64,000 bases of DNA from Mobula hypostoma (lineage: Eukaryota): contig NC_086098.1 in NCBI RefSeq assembly GCF_963921235.1, positions 2,914,001 through 2,978,000 on the forward strand. Reading direction: 5' to 3'. The notes below the pieces were generated by a model, which was not told where the DNA came from, did no database searches, and was given only the letters and a program-made list of their open reading frames with translations. Positions 61,350 through 64,000 of the stretch are shown piece after piece (the first letter of the stretch is position 1; each line of letters begins with the position of its first letter). Position numbers and translations under genes: made by a program.

Positions 61350-63120
61350 CATGGTGGTGTAGTGGTTAGCACAATGCTTTACAGTACCAGTGACCCGGAT
61401 GCATTTCCCACTGCTGACCTGGGTTTCCACTGGGTGTGGCTGGTTCCCCTACTTCCCAAAGATGTGCCAGTTGGTAGATGAATTAATCATTGTAGAATGT
61501 GTTGTGATTAGGCTGGGTTTAAATTGGGGGATTCCTGGGGAGCTCAGCTCAAAGGGGTAGAAGGGCTACTCTGCACTGCATGTCAATAAATAGATAAATC
61601 AATAAATATAAAACCTGTACACAATTTAACAGGACATTCTGATTCTGTCCCACACCGCCAGGTTCAAGAACAGTTATTACCCTACAACCATCAGGCTCCT
61701 GAACCAGGGTGGATAACTTCACTCACCTCAACTCTGAACTGATTCCACAAGCTACAGACTCACTTTCAAGGATTCTACAAATCTGCTCCTCAGGTAAGGC
61801 TACCTTAGCCAACACAGAGGCAACTTTGTTTTTAAACTCCCGTGTTCCAGTGCAATGGAAAGAGGAATTGACAATATCTCCCTCAGCATACCTAAGAACA
61901 AAACTAAAATTTGTCTTCGACTTCAGAGTTTAGGTGCTCCAAACGCCTCAAATCGACAGATTCAACCTAGTCTGGGCCAGGATGTCGGTTTACCAGAGTC
62001 TGCAATTTAGATATATTTGATTATTCTTTTAATGAGCCAAGTTTCTGGTTTGATTCAATAGTTTCCTGAAAGGCATGATGCCACAGCTCGGACAGAGTGG
62101 TGACAGGGCAAAGCCGGGGGCCACAGTGCTGTAGTGGTTAGCACATCATTTCCCAAGGCCAGCTATTAGATCGGAGTTCGATTCCTGCCACTGTCTGTAA
62201 GGATTTGTACAGGAAGGCATGTTCCAGTTTCATCCTATATTCCAATGTTGTATGTTTAGGGTTAGGGTCACTGAATTCTGGCCATGTTTTGTTGGTGCCG
62301 GAAGCATCCTGTCACTTCTGGGCTACCTGGCATAATCCTCGCTGATTTGACTTGATGCATTTAACTCAATGTTTCAATACACCGTACATGTGACAATGAA
62401 GCTAATCAAATCAACTAGCTATTCTAGTCCAGTCTAGCTCCTCCCACTCCCCTGTACAGATCACAGAACCTGCAAAGACTTCCCTTACAGGCATTTATCC
62501 AACTTGTTTTCAATACCTCAAATGAACCTGATTCCAGCACCTCTATCAAGCCAGCTTTCATCCTCCTTTGCTTCAAAGAGAAAAGCCTTAGCTCTCTCAA
62601 GCTATCCTTATAAAACATGCTTTCTAATCAAGCAAATATCCTGGTAAATCTCTTCCGCACCCTCTCTAAAGCTTCCACATCCTTCCAATAATGAGGCGAC
62701 CAGAACTGAACACAATATTCCAAGCATGGTCTAATTAGGGTTTTATCGAGTTTCGACATTACCCCGTGATTCTTGAACTCAGTCCCTTGACTAACAAAGG
62801 CCAACACACCATATGTATCTTTAACCACCCTATAACATTTATTTTTTACAGATGCAGCAAAGAATAGGCCCTTCTGGCATATTAAACCCTGCTGTCCAGC
62901 AAACCCCAATTTAATCCAAGCCTAATCACGGGACAATTTAGCATGACCAGTGAAGCTACAAACCCATGCGCATTTGGATTGTGGGAGGAAACCAGAGCAT
63001 CCAGAGGAAACACACACATTACACAGGGAGGACATACAAACTCCTTACAGAGGATGCTGGGATTAAACTCCAAACTCCGATGCCCTGAGCTGTAATAACT
63101 TCACATTAACCGTTGTGTTA
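61350..63120. repeat. SINEs (61350-61595 +, 62118-62410 +, 62850-63120 -), Rex1 tail (61650-61780 +), CR1 piece (62424-62835 -)
   Basis: tRNA-like heads GTAGTGGTTAGCAC..GTTCGATTCC; motifs shared with other copies. Confidence 0.72.
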
Positions 63121-63389
63121 GCGAGGGGTCACTTGAACAGCATCCTTGAAGAGTCAATGGACGTAGACCCAAAGATCCCTTTGTTCCCCAACACTGCATA
63201 GAATCCTCCATTCTAGATTTCCTGGTGATTTCTGTTTGTTTCTCTCTTTTCCTTGCTTTACTTGCTCCCTGAACATTTTGCAATCCACCTGCTTTGAGCT
63301 GTCTTGGAACTGGAGACAACAGCTACTGAGTTTCATCAAATGCATTCGCTATAACAAAGGAATGTGAAACTCGAACAGACCAAATCTAT

Positions 63390-64000
63390 AAGACCATAAG
63401 ACCATAAGACAAAGGAGCAGAATTAGGCCATTAGGCCCATCGAGTCTGCTCCGCCATTTTATCATGAGCTGATCCATTCTCCCACTTAGTCCCACTCCCC
63501 CGCCTTCTCACCATAACCTTTGATGCCCTGGCTACTCAGATACCTATCAATCTCTGCCTTAAATACACCCAATGACTTGGCCTCCACTGCTGCCCGTGGC
63601 AACAAATTCCATAGATTAAAAACCCTCCGACTAAAAAATTTTCTTCGCATTTCTGTTCTGAATGGGCGCCCTTCAATCCTTAAGTCATGCCCTCTCATAC
63701 TAGACTCCCCCATCATGGGAAACAACTTTGCCACATCCACTCTGTCCATGCCTTTCAACATTCGAAATGTTTCTATGAGGTCTCCCCTCATTCTTCTAAA
63801 CTCCAAGGAATACAGTCCAAGAGTGGACAAACGGTTCTCATATGTTAACCCTCTCATTCCCGGAATCATTCTAGTGAATCTTCTCTGTACCCTCTCCAAC
63901 ATTAGCACATCCTTTCTTAAATAAAGAGACCAAAACTGCCCACAGTACTCCAAGTGAGGTCTCACCAGCGCCTTCTAGAGCCTCAACATCACATCCCTGC
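63390..64000 (-). mobile_element. Young CR1 3' end, runs off the window
   Basis: 159-aa open frame RPHLEYCGQFWS..; (AAGACCAT) tail. Confidence 0.95.

Noticed and set aside
61350..61415. tRNA genes (also 62118, 31060-31130)
   Set aside because: tRNA-like SINE heads with no complete cloverleaf, followed by a SINE body.
62255..62270. TTAGGG telomere-like motifs (also 10831, 33142, 45931)
   Set aside because: Only 1-2 units, embedded in SINE bodies.

Overview
Repeat-dense vertebrate intergenic or intronic DNA. The repeat repertoire (CR1 LINEs, Rex1/Babar LINEs, Penelope-like elements, tRNA-headed SINEs, and Tc1/mariner, hAT and Harbinger MITEs) suggests a cartilaginous fish, probably a ray; this is an inference. 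No intact host protein-coding gene is recognisable, and nearly all listed ORFs are decayed retroelement frames, their antisense shadows or satellite artefacts. The most notable system is a Penelope-like element (PLE) family whose terminal repeat carries a minimal type I hammerhead ribozyme (stem I AGTC/GACT, CTGANGA core, short stem II, GAAAC, palindromic ACGT stem III). It occurs next to GIY-YIG remnants and as short, often palindromic insertions with 13-14 bp target-site duplications. Other points: a 5.2 kb G-rich 37-bp minisatellite with higher-order duplication, a near full-length CR1 nested in another CR1 with an inverted copy of nearby DNA at its 5' end, multi-level nesting, and several repeat-free islands that look like candidate regulatory elements or small exons. 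Boundaries of decayed repeats are approximate (about +/-20 bp).
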